From Pseudovirgaria hyperparasitica (Eukaryota): 64,000 bases of DNA. The stretch lies in NCBI GenBank assembly GCA_010093815.1, contig ML996575.1; one strand, written 5' to 3'. The translations under genes were made by a program, and so were the position numbers. The notes below the pieces were generated by a model. The model did no database searches and was not told where the DNA came from. It saw nothing but the letters and a program-made list of their open reading frames with translations. Below, piece after piece: positions 35,720 to 48,515 of this stretch (position 1 is its first letter; the number at the start of each line of letters is the position of its first letter).

Positions 35720-38700
35720 AATGGTGGTGGTCACCGAGGGAAGCAGTGTCGGCTATTGCCTAGCCTATGAGTGGGGGAACATCTGATGACGCAAGTCTGG
35801 AGGCTGAGATGGTAGTGGAAGAGCGCAAAGGAAGCTGCTCGCGGTACATTGCAACATCCGCAGTGCGAGCGGGAGGGTAAAACGAGGCAAAGCTTCATCA
35901 CAATGCTTTCCCTTCTGTCTTAGCTTGTCAGGCGGAAATGCGGAGCTATGATGTGATGGGGAAGCTCTTGATGCCTCAGGCCACAGACATCCTGGGTAAC
36001 ACTGACAACCTTCCCGGCCAATATCCCCAGGCCGGAAAAACATTGTGAAGGCAGATGGGTAAGGCTAACAACCTTCCGACATGTCCTCGAGGGTAAGGCA
36101 CTGCGACACACTTCCATTCACCCGCCCGCCGCAAATTCAAGATGTTGGTCACTAGCTGATAGTGAATGAGAAGAGCCAGAACATAAAACGCTAGTAGTAG
36201 AAGATCAAGCTCGATCGCGGAGCAGAAGCGAACATGTCTATTTTAGAACATCTAATGACTGAGGTCTACATGGTATGCACTAATTTACCTCATGCTGGGA
36301 ATATAGCCGACAGTAGGCCAAGTTCGATCAAGCAATCATCCCTTCATGTATGGATCCCTGTATGTATTTGAAATATTCCAACTCGTCAGAAGCATCTTAC
36401 AATATATAGTCGGCAAAAGAAAAGAAAAAAAGTCATTCGTGTACGTATACGTAGTCATCAAGCAAGTGTAAGCTTGGCATGCAAGGCAGTTCCAACTCAG
36501 CCCTGGCCACATCAAGATGCGTAGAATGCCGCGAGGATGGCTGTGTATGAAGCCAGGCCTTTGCCTAGACCCGACAACTTTCACTGGTAATTAGCACGTT
36601 CCCAACAAGTCTGGGGTGCATACAGTGAGGGGGATCAAGAAAGGCACAATACTGTTACTAAGGAAGTGTTTCTACCCATACCTGAGGGCTGGTACAGAGA
36701 GGACTAGGATGTTGCTGAGGCGAGCTGACGTCCGTCACGAGCCAGATCCCGGGCTTATGGAACACGAATGGACCATGTCAGCCAGGTAAGAGTAGTGAGT
36801 GTGATCGTACATAGATTTGTATGTCCGTCACACAGCTCAGTATATGCGATTTTCAGAGAGGGTGCTCTTGAGAAGGATAGGCATTGCTGCTTTGATATCC
36901 GAATGCTTGACGGGTAAGGAGAATTAGAGGTGCAGTAACAGTCAATGGAGATCCATTTGACCGCTTCCGGTGGTTTGCCCACCAGGACTGCAGGAGCGAT
37001 AGGAGCGCACACAGGACGGCCTGAAGCAGGCCGGAGCTCCCGTCAAGGATGCCGCTACCAATGGCAGCAATATCACCAACCAAGCATTGAATAGACGGAT
37101 CAACACAGTCAGCATGTCCTAATGATATACACTGGGACTGGGTCGCAGTGGACTGTGCACAGACGAGGCAGATGGATGCATCTCGGTCTGGTGGTGTATA
37201 GGGCTAGGGAGCGAGGGTCCAGGGGCGAAAGATTGGAGTCGGATCAATGGGTTGTGGTAAGTTCTGGCGGAGATAAGAGTTGGCTAGATAGGTTGTTCCT
37301 AATCGACAGGATCTCGGCATATCCAGAGTGATGTGTGCTTTGTTCGTGCAAATGTGCACACGGTCTGCAGATCTCTCCAAGGTTGTTCCTTGCATTACTA
37401 GAGTTTGGAGGGGAGATTCGCAGGTGTGAGCGAGCAGGCGATCCATTGCCAGACCGTTGGAGCAGAGCTAAGAAGACAACAAAGCAAAGAGAACAAGATT
37501 TCTCCATCTGGTATGTAGATGCAAGCGTGGACAAGAAGGACGGAGTAAGGTGGTGGTGGTGGTGGTGGTAGCGGTGGTGGCAGACCGGGAGCGGTATAAC
37601 GGGAGATTATAGCTATCTAGCGAGTCATGGATAGAGCTGTCAAAAGTCCGGTAAATAGAATGGGAGGCCCAATCCCAAGCGTGAATGGAGGACGGGAGTA
37701 TGTGATATGTGGTATGATGCTTACAGCAAGGCTGTTCGCTGTCACGCTTTGTGCTGACGACGCGAGACTAAGCAGGAAGCCATCGGAGTGAGGCGGATCA
37801 GCCAAGGGATTGGAACAAAGGGTAGTAGTATAAGTGGTATAAGTGAAGCAGGAAGAAGCAAAACAGCAGGACAGGCTGTCTGGGAGAGATTATAGATGTA
37901 TATAATTACTATATGTCTATGTAAGACAGATCGAAGACGACGAGATGAGACAGATGATGTGGGGATGAAAGTCAGGCAGACTAACTAGGCACTTCAGGCA
38001 TGTGAGGCCCCCGAGTACTGGCGGGGTGGAGCGAGCTGTGCTGGAATGTGCTGTACTGTACTGTCCTATACGTACTGTAAGCTGTCAGCTCCACCCGCAC
38101 CCGCCGCCAACCCGCCGCCAACCCGCCAAAACCGCCCAAACCGCCCAAACCTGAAGTCATTCCACCCACCCCGCCGCCTAATCTGACCCTAATCTTGGGG
38201 CGTCTAGGGGGGTGGGAGCTAGGGGCATCTCAAGACTTAAGGGCGTGTACTGTACTGTTGGGCCCGTCGCCTTTCCCCGGGCGTCTCCCTGCCCCCCTCC
38301 CCCCTACATAGCTGCCCGAGGTACCGGGACTTTTGCTCCCCTTGTCCCCTTATTACTTAGCGACAACCGGCCGATCTGATAATTAGAGAGAGAACGGACC
38401 TGAACCATCTACTTTCTGGTTTGACAATTAACATCTTACCAGTGACATCCTTGTCGCTATATCGTGATGCTGATGCTGATGCTCCTCCGTCCATGTCCAT
38501 CCATGTCCGCGCTCGTGCTTCTTGGATGGTTCATCGCTGTACCGTAATACCACTTCATCTGATCTCATTGTCCTTTTCGTCCTTCTCCTCGTCGTCCGTC
38601 CGTCCTATTCTCCGCATGCAGCACCACCGCAAGCATGCCTACGGCACGTCCGTTCAAAGCTGCCTGTGCTTGCGGCTATCCGCGACCAAGTCCTGGGAAT

Positions 38701-39531
38701 GGTCCTCCTGATCTCTTACTCCTAGCTCAGCTTCTCGTCCTGCAGCCCGCTACGCCCGGCCAGAGATGAAAGGTGAAAGGTGAGAGGTGAGAGGTGAAAG
38801 GCGCAAGGTGCGATGTGGGATGTGGGGCGTGATAAGTGAGGGTGAGGATGAGGGTGAGTGCGCATTACTGCACCAACTATCCATGACGGAGATGGATGCA
38901 ATGTAAACCTCCAAAAGACTAGCTATGCTGCTTCTCTCGTCTCGTGTCTGCCTTACCTCGTCGTCTTCATGCTTGCTGTCAATCCAGATCTGAGCCGCCA
39001 TTGTTACTGTTTGTTCCTTTTCTCTGGAACCTGTTCACTTCTCTCACCACTTCCTTGCATACATACCACCACCACCACCATCCTCTAGCTCAACTGTCGA
39101 GTGCCACCACAACTCGTACTCGTCACTCTGTGTAATCCTTTCCCTTATCCATCTTTCCTAATTCTCTTCTTCACTTCATTCCCACCTCTCTCCCCTCTCT
39201 CATCTTCACTTTCACGTTATGCTTCCGCTTCTGCTTCACAGCCTGGCTTCTTCCTAAACCACGTCAATTCATCTTCACTGTCCTTCGCTCCAATTGCGCA
39301 CTTTTCGCTTACCCCACGGACCATACTCCGCATACTGTCTCGGCTGCTGGCCTTCTTCCAAGTGGTGTGCCTCATCTTCATGACCTCGGACTTGTACCGG
39401 TGAATGGTTCATCTCAAGAGGGTAGCACCTTTCCGGGCGATCGTCTTCGGCGATCAAACCACTGCCGCTACGTTCTTGGTTTCGATCTTCCAAGTCTCCT
39501 GTTTCTCCTCCATCTGCCGCCCTCTCACATC

Positions 39532-41296
39532 ATGCACTCTTCAGTATCTCCCCCTTCAGCCGTACAGTCTGGTGGAGGGAACGTCTTCACCGACCATCAG
39601 CTACGAGACTTGGAGATTGCTGAGAGATCAATGTCATGCCTTTCATTAATGGGCTCACTCTTCATCATGACCACTTTTGGCGTATGGCCAACCTTTCGCA
39701 AACCCATCAATCGACTCGTCTTTCTTGCATCCATAGGCAACTTGCTCTGCAACATTGCCACCCTTATATCAGTATCTGGCACCATGTATGGTGCTAAAAA
39801 TCCACTGTGCCAGTTCCAGGCATTCTTGATCCAGATGTAATAGCTCCTATCATCATCATCATCATACTCCTTTAGCTCACCTTGCTTAGGTTCATTCCTG
39901 CCGACTCTCTGTGGACCTTTTGCATGGCACTTAATGTATACCTGACCTTCTTCAAGAACTACGATTCCGCTATGCTACGCTCGCTGGAGAAGTGGTACTT
40001 TCTTGCCTGTTATGGAACGCCGCTACTCCCCGCCCTCATATTCCTCATCATCGATCACGCCTCCAAGGGCGCGCGGATCTATGGCCCAGCCACTGTGAGT
40101 TGTAGGGGTTACTCAGCACGCCAGCTACTGACGATTTGCTACAGCTATGGTGTTGGATTGCAGTTGAGTGGGACTGGATGCGCATCGCCTTCTTCTACGG
40201 ACCCGTCTGGTGAGTGGTCATACCTGTTTTCAACATACCCTGTCTTCTGACTCAGGCTAGGATCATCATTGCCGTCACGACCACAATTTACCTCGTGACA
40301 GGCAAAGACATTTTCAAGCAGCGTGCTGCTTTGAGAGCATTCTCCAAGGACCAGCCACGGCCACCAATGCCAATTCCAGTGAATCCATTCATGAGTGAGG
40401 GTCTCGCCGTGCGGAAAGTTACAGAAATCCAAATCACCCACGAGACCATTCGACCTCAATCCCCGGATTACCAGGCAAAGAGCCTAGAATCAGAGGATGG
40501 AACTCGGAGTTCTTTTGCCAGTACCAGGAAGCTGAGCCATAAACCAACACATAATCTTACCAACGGCACTTCCCCTTTCACCCGGCTGGCAAACGACCCC
40601 TGGCCGTACACTGAAGGTGCTACAGGAGAGTTGCCAGGCGAGAATAACCCGAATTTCTCGACTACAGTCACTGCGGGTAGATCGCCTCAGCAAACGGAGA
40701 CTGAACGACAAGAAGAAGACACTCAACCAACCAAGCGCGAGGCGAGAGTTGCCAAGCGTGAATTGAAAGCGCACCGAAAGAAGTCTGCCGCAGCAAGACA
40801 TGCGAACTCGGCTGCATGGGGATACGCCAAGGTTTCCATGCTCATGTTTTTGGCACTGTTTGTCGTCTGGGTGCCCTCAACTATTAATCGAGTGTACTCT
40901 CTTGTACGCCCCCAAGAGCCCAGCTTTGCACTGTCTCTGCTCGCCGGTCTCGTTCTGCCACTACAAGGCTTCTGGAATGCCGTCATCTACATCATAACGT
41001 CGTGGGGACAATGCAAGGATGCCTTTCACAGCATCTTTTCCCGATATTGGCGTTCTCGCTCGACCAGAGTTGCCACTCGCCACGGTGGCTTCGCTTCCCC
41101 CTTTCACAAGCGCATGCCTGTCCTTACCGAGAGCATCCACGACTTACATAGGTATAACGACCGTGGCCTAGATCACAGCTTCGACGACGAGTCTACTTCT
41201 ACGCCTGACCGCAGCTTGCATGATCCCCTCACCCGTCGTGAGGATATTGAGCTCGACACGCCTGTGTCCTACTCTGGAAGTGAAGCACAACGCTGA
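39532..41296 (+). CDS. cAMP-receptor-like 7TM GPCR (exons 39532-39836, 39890-40094, 40145-40209, 40261-41296)
   Basis: FRKPINRLVF, CQFQAFLIQMFIPAD.LWTFCMA.NVYLTF, GPATLWCWI, RIAFFYGPVW, WVPSTINR, PLQGFWNAVIY. These motifs typify the fungal CAR-like class (Neurospora GPR-1/2/3 type). Confidence 0.92.
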
Positions 41297-42911
41297 ACTC
41301 ATAGTGCGTTTCAGTCCGTTGTATTTGCGCAACGCAGCACAGCATTACTGTCACAAGTCTCTGTGCGCCCCACATTCCGCACCCGCCATACTTTGCTTGG
41401 ATCTGCTTGGATGTCTCCCTTACACCATCACCATCTCGCGAGCATCCGTCACGGTTCGTCTAGCTCGACCATGTACACGACATCTAGATGACACCACCAC
41501 CTCTCCTATAATCTGCTCAAAAGACGTGTATGACGTGTTATAGATACGGAGTCCCTTGATGCGCTTTGTTTGTTGCATATATACCCCCCCCCCCCCCGCG
41601 CACCGCAGGATCTGTTCACTTTTGTACCACGAAGACCTAGGTCCTGGACAATAAATCCGCCAGCCTACCACGGTCATCGTCAGACGGCTCTCACAAATGA
41701 CTATAGAAGGCTTGAGAAAGTCGTTTCCGAATTTTTTTTTCTTCTCTCGACTATATACGCCGTGGTCGTAAGACTGGGGTGGATTCGCCGAGGCGGCAGT
41801 GTATGCCTGCCTGCCTGCCTACCTCCCTACCTACCTACTAGGCTAGATAGAAGTATGAAAGCACTAATAGTAGTAGTGTGTCGACGTGTAATCTCTGTCC
41901 CGGGTGTGCACGCCCCTTTTTCACTTCCGTATCTCGGGTGCTCGCGAACGGACCGTATGTCTGTGTCCCGTGTTCCCGTGTGGACCCATACATACATACG
42001 CTGTGGACACAGTTAGCTGCCCTGATGTGATCCCCCAATCATCGCCGCAGTCTCTCGATTCCCAAATGTATTCTCCACCCTCGACACGATACGCATTACT
42101 CCCCTGCCCCTGAACTGACGTGTTGCAGATTTACGTGCTGCTCGAGACGCCAGGGTTCCTTGCTTGAACTTTGTTTTCAGTCTTGTATAATGTGCTATAG
42201 GTATATTCGTGTGGAACGGGACTTGAAGGGGCGATTCTGAATTACGGTTGTCAGGAGTATACGATACATAGAGCACATGTGGGCGAAGAATTGAAGTGCA
42301 GGAGCTAGGTCACCTGATACTCTATCGTTCTGGCAGTCGTATTGAACTCATGAACAACCCAACCGCGATGGACCCGAGAAACAGAATGCCCACTGTAAGG
42401 GTGATAGGTTCGGCATGGATGGCCACGACAACACTGACATGCCACAACGTACTAAAGTAATAAGACTGCCAGCACATAGCCTGCGGAAACGCTGCTGTTT
42501 CGGAACCAGATGCAAGGGCATTAGTGGAAAGGCTGTTGTATTCGTCTTGTGATACACGGACATGGCTAAAGCATATGCATCGAGATATGACTGGGATGAT
42601 AGTGCTCGAGTCCTTGTACCGCCCTACGGTGTGCCATGGAAGTTTATGTGGAAGGCCGAAGCCTCGAACTGTGTCGAGAAGCAAGAAGCTGGAGTCTTAC
42701 GTAGCGACTACTTGGCATAGTCCCAGTGTGCAGGACGGATGGTGTAGATCGAGAAATGCGCGTGCAAGATATGGTGTTTTGCTCGTCAGACACATCAGAC
42801 AATATCACATTACTGAGCCTAGTCCGTCCGACAGGCGCATCGATATCCTGTAATTGACCAATATACTCCGAAAACGCCCCAAATCAAATAACAATTGAAA
42901 ATTGAAGCCTA

Positions 42912-43841
42912 CTACTCCGTGTCCTCGACCGTGCCCGCGCCAGGCACACACATCGACGTCCCAACTTCCAGGTGATTGCATTCCAAGCCACTCTCCCTGT
43001 TGAGCGAGATCAGAACGTCGACCGTACAGCCGTGATTCCTCGCTATGTTCACGCAGATGTCCTCGTCCTTGATGACGTATTTGACCGCGCCTTCGGGGCA
43101 GTTTAGCGATTGCGAGGGCGCCGAGGACGACGTGCCGGAATCGAGGAAGCGGAACACGACGAGGAGGAAGACGAAGCAGACGAGGACGAACGGCAGGATG
43201 TAGCGGTATGCCAGCAGGTTCTGTGCGCGAAAATACGTCTGCTCATTTCGTGTTAATAGGCCTTCTTCTTCTTCTTCTTCTTCTTCTTCTTCTTCTTCTT
43301 CTTCTTCTTCTTCTTCTTCTTCTTCTTCTTCTTCTTCTTCTTCTTCTTCTTCTTCTNNNNNNNNNNCTTCTTCTTCTTCTTCTTCTTCTTCTTCTTCTTC
43401 TTCTTCTTCTTCTTCTTCTTCTTCTTCTTCTTCTTCTTCTTCTTCTTCTTCTTCTTCTTCTCTTCCTTTCACACTCTTGCCATGCGCTATGGATGGTGAG
43501 GTGGGTATTGGGGGAAGGGGAAGGGAAAAACTAACCTCGCCTCGATCGTCAATGCCCATCTTCCTTCGCCCGCCCTTCCGTCCGAACCCTTCCTCCTCGT
43601 CGCCAGACGACAGGAGACCCTCCCGAATGCTATTCTCGCGATCCTCACGCGACCATAGCCTGTCGCTGTCTGCTCCCCCGACGGGCCTCAATTGCCCGTA
43701 ACGAGCGCCCTCCGAGCCCTCGTAGTATTTGCCGTCTTCGTCGACGTACTGGTACTTTTGCGTGTCCGAGTCGTAGCCGACACGGCGCATGCCGGCGGGT
43801 AGACGCTCGTCGTCGCTGTCTCGGCGGGAGAAGCGCGACAT
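42912..43841 (-). CDS. Single-TM protein with a C-terminal LysM (CBM50) domain; intron 43535-43239
   Basis: N-terminal RLPAGMRRVGYDSDTQKYQY, TM ILPFVLVCFVFLLVVF, LysM YVIKDEDICVNIARNHGCTVDVLISLN...CNHLEVGTSMCVP. Donor GTTAGT and acceptor TTAAC..CAG in phase 0. Confidence 0.85.
   Translation of the reverse strand: MSRFSRRDSDDERLPAGMRRVGYDSDTQKYQYVDEDGKYYEGSEGARYGQLRPVGGADSDRLWSREDRENSIREGLLSSGDEEEGFGRKGGRRKMGIDDRGEVSFSLPLPPIPTSPSIAHGKSVKGREEEEEEEEEEEEEEEEEEEEEEEEEEEEEEEXXXXEEEEEEEEEEEEEEEEEEEEEEEEEEEEEEEGLLTRNEQTYFRAQNLLAYRYILPFVLVCFVFLLVVFRFLDSGTSSSAPSQSLNCPEGAVKYVIKDEDICVNIARNHGCTVDVLISLNRESGLECNHLEVGTSMCVPGAGTVEDTE
43262..43462. repeat. (TTC/GAA)n microsatellite of at least ~60 units, with a 10-N assembly gap at 43357-43366
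   Basis: Seen directly. True length unknown because of the gap. Confidence 0.97.

Positions 43842-43842
<1 letters not shown>

Positions 43843-43867
<25 letters not shown>
43843..43867. repeat. (TG/CA)n microsatellite directly upstream of the LysM gene ATG
   Basis: About 12 TG units adjacent to the CAT at 43839-43841. Confidence 0.9.
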
Positions 43868-43872
<5 letters not shown>

Positions 43873-45464
43873 GCGGCAGTTTCTGTAACAGGCAAATCGA
43901 TATATATATGTATATAAAGGTTTCGGTTTTTTCCTAGGTCAAAGGGTAAAGGAGATTGTGCAACTGGAAGAACGAGGTGTAGAATGCGAGTTCCGGGTGT
44001 TGCTATTATAACTTCAGTGAATTGTTGGAGCAGACCAGGGCAGATCATTAAGCGCACAGCGTTCGTTGCGTGAGAGAAGTGGAGCGGGCGCTACCGACCA
44101 GACGCCAGAAAAGGTGGAGCCTCGGATGGCGGAGCAGGGCTTCAAAATCATGTGATTGGACGTGTCCGTAGCTTTAACTGGTAAAGTCTAACAAATCTGT
44201 TTTCCAATGTCACTTTTATCATTCGACACTCGTTACAAGACTTACCCCTTAATGATAATTACAAAGCCTCATTGTACAGGCGCTTTGTTAACCATAGCTT
44301 CTTCTTCCTATTCCTTTCTGCTATTTTAATACCAGCATGTCGCTGCGAGACACTTATTGAGGAAAGTCCAGGGCGACGGCCTCCAATGACTAATCCGCAG
44401 GGCCCAGACCTCGGCGCTCCGAGATGTTTCGATGAATGCTCAGAGCAACAATGATTGGACACCAAATTTCAAATTTTGAATCGTTCTTCCTGCAGCTTTG
44501 ATACAGAGTTTTTTTCTATCTTGGGTATAGTTTCCCGTCATAGTGAGTTCATGCACTATGGCCGATGCTCTACTCTTCGCAATATCTTCGCGTCCTCAAT
44601 TGTAGCGTTCTACCCTTCCTTTACTCTGTGGGCGTTTGATTGATCCCTGGACTGATTATGACTGTCTTCCATACTGCGACGCTGTCCTTCAAAAGCTCGC
44701 GGCTTGTCACGGTTATTGGGCTTTGCCTGACATCAGACAATATCTTTTGGAGAGTTAAGCCCCTATCTAAATCTTGGCCCTATCGTTTTACAACGTTCGT
44801 GATTGGAAGCTAGCATATATTCACTGTGCAATGGATTACAATGGCAAGAGATATCAGTCCGAGATAGTGAGCTCCAGGGGTTTACAGTCTCGAAGTGCGA
44901 CTCTCTATTAATGGATATCCAGTATACCATTTCAGCGCATGTAAGCTGAACGAGTCTCTGCGTTGAGATAGGCTCTTGCATCCGGCAAGTATCCGGACGG
45001 CGTCAACAATTACACTAGACTTGGTATTGCGACTATAGCTATGGGCGTCCTTCTGTGACTGCTCCTACCCTTTGAATTAGGTCACTACGCATATCAATAC
45101 CCGATCGACTTCAGGCAATGCTCGAATTTGTCTACATGCTCTACCACTGAAACGGATATGCATCTTCTTCACTTCAAAGCGAACTGAGTCGTGGTCTGTG
45201 AGAGGCCATTTGATGGCTTAGAACTGCATATATCTCTACGTATGCTCACATTCCCTATCATCAAAATCAACGTGTACATCCATGCCCTAACGAACTCGCC
45301 ATCACGACAGCAAAGCGACCCTTCACAGCAAACATCCGCAAGCATATATAATCAGCACTCACATACCCCCAAGTCTCTCAATACCCCCCTACCACTGCCT
45401 CCACACACCAAGCCCTCGAACCATCAACAAGCATTCCCAATCTTAAGCAACACTCTCCCACAAC

Positions 45465-45644
45465 ATGACTCACAACAACAGCAACCACACCGACGCCCCC
45501 GTCAACGCTTCCCATGACTTCGGCTGGTACTGCCACTGGTGCGGCAGGCGTAACACGTACACACACATCTGCGTAGAAACGCCGGGATGCGACCACCTGA
45601 GGTGCAAGAACTGCACGTCTATGCCAAGCTCACAGGGACAGTAG
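45465..45644 (+). CDS. 59-aa Cys/His-rich putative zinc-binding microprotein (below the ORF-track cutoff)
   Basis: MTHNNSNHTDAPVNASHDFGWYCHWCGRRNTYTHICVETPGCDHLRCKNCTSMPSSQGQ. Good start context CAACATG, TATATAA at 45345-45351 and a CA-rich leader. Confidence 0.7.
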   Translation: MTHNNSNHTDAPVNASHDFGWYCHWCGRRNTYTHICVETPGCDHLRCKNCTSMPSSQGQ

Positions 45645-46268
45645 GAAGTTGGAGAGATGGGTCATTGGAAATGGGGTTATTCATGCGTAGCTTCTGTTAC
45701 GCGGGTATTCTGCTGTTAGGTATATGACAATGACAATTCCTTGATGGATTTGGGACAAGTGTGATGTCGAGTCGACGAATACTGTGATGTTTGGTGTGTG
45801 CATGTACTTCTATATTTTTTCATCGGAGTATTCCTTTGCCGTCCAGGGACGATGACTCGGAGTCAGGCTCTAGATTCGTATTACAAGTGGCTCATGCACG
45901 ACAGATATCTGTACCATGCCCTGAATGTGCTTGGAGCTCCAACAGTCGTTTTCGGAAACGAGACCTTCTCTGGGCACATGCTGATGTCTATATCTCGGAC
46001 GGCGGTCAAGCTCATGAGGTGGTACGAAAGATTATAATCGCCCTGAAATTCGATTTAGTGATAACACTCATATTAGGAATGATGCTTTTCCGGCTGAATG
46101 TAGAATAACACTGAACTATAGCAATGGAGCCAATAGGGGTTGTATTGAGCTAAAGTCAATCCGCGGACGTATGTTTTGGTATTGAGAGCTAGGGCTAGAT
46201 CTGCGTGGAAATGCATCCTCCGATTGCATGCTTAGGGCAGTCCGGTTCCAAATGTTCACTTCAAATGC

Positions 46269-47678
46269 TCATCGCTCAATACTCGCCCTGACAATGGCAG
46301 ACTTCACCTTTTCCTGCGCCTCCATATCCTGGGAATCAAGCCCATCGTCTCTGCTATCTAGTGTGCCCGCCAGCTTTGCTTCCACCGGGACATGCTCTCT
46401 TACCGCCACCAACGTCGGATACACCGCCAGCCCCAAAAGTATAGTATTCACGGCGAGGGGCACCCTCCCACCTTTCCAATTCCTTGTATTGATCCCATAC
46501 GCCACCGCCTGCGCAAAACTCTCCTGACCCCTGAGAATACCCGAAAACCTGCTCAGCTCGGAGATGTTATCCGTCTTAGTGGCCAGGATGTAGTACAACC
46601 AGTTCTGAAGTGCCTGTCTGCTGAACTCCCAGAGGATGATGACAAAAAAGCCCTCGACGAAGCCTTTGTCTTCCCAGTCATATGCCGGGGGATTGGCGGT
46701 GTATTTCTCGTTAATCACCCAAGCGTAGACCCATGCTGTAACGTGCAGAAGAATAACGTAATAGAAGCCGATGATGATGCGCTTCTTGACGGAGAACGGT
46801 TTGTAGTCGAGCAGAGTGGACATGATTTGCGAGGATAACAACGTGGGGAAGTTACCTACAAAGCCCATAAGTGCACGCGCACGCACACCGAAGTAGTAAG
46901 TCTGGTAATTCCCGCCGAACTGGTTGAAGTAGGCGGCCCAGAAGATTGGAAGAAGCAGGAGGATGTCACGCCGCTTACAAGCATGCCACAGCGCGATGAT
47001 TTCCTTTCTGAACGAGGACTCTGCGCGGATAACGACTCTTGATCTGTCGGTCCGCTGAACCTTTTCCGGAGGCGTGAGCAGTAGCGCGATAGGTATTGAC
47101 AGGCACTGTAGCACTATGAACACGAGATATGTCTGATACCCGACCTTGCCCTTGGATTTGGCGCCAGCGTCATTGTTGAGCCCGAGTGCGATGGCGCCAC
47201 CAAGGATAGGTCCTCCGGTGCGGAACCACAGCCATATGTTCATATACTTCCCGCGTTTATCGGGTTCGGGATAGCCTAACGCAATGGCGCCTTCGGATGC
47301 CCAGAAGAGACCGGCAGAGATGCCGCATGTCGTCGCGCCGACAAGGACGAGCCAGACGTTACCAAACCGATTGTTGCAGTATAAGCCTGCGGAGTAGATT
47401 GGATACCCGACGGCACCGAGGAGGAGGGTATACCTAAGGCCAATCCTGTTGGAGATAGGCCCACCGAAGAGGCAGAGAATGCCCATGAGGCCAAAGACGA
47501 GGGCGTTGGCTGCATTGACGAGAAAAGGCTTTTGGGCGCCCCCGGCACCAAGAGAGTTCATGGCATTCCAGAGTCCAGGGGCCATGAAGCCGACGCCGCC
47601 GATGACGAAGGCATTGAATAGCGTAGACCGATACCAGAGCCGCTGGTTCGTCGAGGCATTCCTCTCGATATCTGTCAT
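46269..47678 (-). CDS. MFS transporter, UNC-93-like (DUF895-type)
   Basis: PGLWNAMNSLGAGG, GYPIYSAGLY, AGLFWASEGAIALGYPE..KRG and multiple hydrophobic helices. Intronless, 469 aa. Confidence 0.9.
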   Translation of the reverse strand: MTDIERNASTNQRLWYRSTLFNAFVIGGVGFMAPGLWNAMNSLGAGGAQKPFLVNAANALVFGLMGILCLFGGPISNRIGLRYTLLLGAVGYPIYSAGLYCNNRFGNVWLVLVGATTCGISAGLFWASEGAIALGYPEPDKRGKYMNIWLWFRTGGPILGGAIALGLNNDAGAKSKGKVGYQTYLVFIVLQCLSIPIALLLTPPEKVQRTDRSRVVIRAESSFRKEIIALWHACKRRDILLLLPIFWAAYFNQFGGNYQTYYFGVRARALMGFVGNFPTLLSSQIMSTLLDYKPFSVKKRIIIGFYYVILLHVTAWVYAWVINEKYTANPPAYDWEDKGFVEGFFVIILWEFSRQALQNWLYYILATKTDNISELSRFSGILRGQESFAQAVAYGINTRNWKGGRVPLAVNTILLGLAVYPTLVAVREHVPVEAKLAGTLDSRDDGLDSQDMEAQEKVKSAIVRASIER

Positions 47679-48197
47679 TGTGAGTGAGGTTCAGTTCGTG
47701 GCCGCGAAAGCTTATCTGACGAATTCTGTTCCTACGTGGTTCTACTTGATTTTTTATATACTCACAGTCTTGCGCGAGTCATAAAGAAAATCAGGAAACT
47801 CTGATAAAGGACGTTACATCTCGAGACAGCTCATAGTGTGCTATTATGGCGAAATCGATCAAGTGGAGGTAATTGCGGGGCAGACATGGCCCTCGAGAAA
47901 TGTGTGGGTGGATGACTGTTCCAAGGTTGTTTTATTCATACTGCCGCATGAAGAGCGAATGATGTCCAGAGGAAGTATTAGGCTGACTCGATTCGTGGCA
48001 AGTGCTGGTGATTTCTTATCTCCCATCTGTCTCGTACATGTAGATTTTTGTCGACGTCGCATGCGTTGCGACAGATGCTTGCTCGATTGGGCTAGTTTCC
48101 TGCCCTGCAATGAATGCTGCACTTTCGTACGCAATCCTCGAAAAAAAAAATTTGGTATGGTCGGCAAACTACATGCAAGGAGTCCAGACTGAGTATT

Positions 48198-48515
48198 CAG
48201 TGTACCCATGGGTGTTTGCTTAGATAGAGCCTGTCTGTCTAAATTGCTGTCTTGTATTCTAATATAGACGAACAGCTGTGCATCAGGGTTACGATGAGAA
48301 TACCAGTTGTCATGTGCAATCTAGTCATTGTATAGTCGAGCGAAAGTTGCAAATAAATGTCGTGATGTACGTAGTCCCAAGTCATGGACCCTGGGCTGGA
48401 ACAAAATATGGTAAGCAGTATGGACGGAGAATTGTGTACGATCGCAGTCCATAGTAGCTCGACTGACTATCAGAACGAAAGGTTGCGAGACTTCTTTGGG
48501 GTCAATCCTCTCATG
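48198..48515 (+). repeat. Diverged direct repeat, copy 1 (partner 51220-51623)
   Basis: Shared blocks in the same order: AGAGCCTGTCTGTC (48226/51250), ACGAACAGCTGTG (48268/51292), GATGAGAA (48293/51439), CGAGACTTCTTTGGGG (48486/51595). Ends approximate. Confidence 0.85.

Noticed and set aside
43262..43462. Poly-Glu tract in the 381-aa ORF and poly-Leu ORF on the plus strand
   Set aside because: The repeat lies between a GTTAGT donor and a branch/CAG acceptor, so it is most likely intronic. It also spans an N gap.
46531..46551. CTGAGAATACCCGAAAACCTG resembles the TPP riboswitch core
   Set aside because: It is antisense to MFS codons (RFSGILRG) and lacks the downstream GAUxxGGxUAAUxCC and the upstream P2/P3 pairing.
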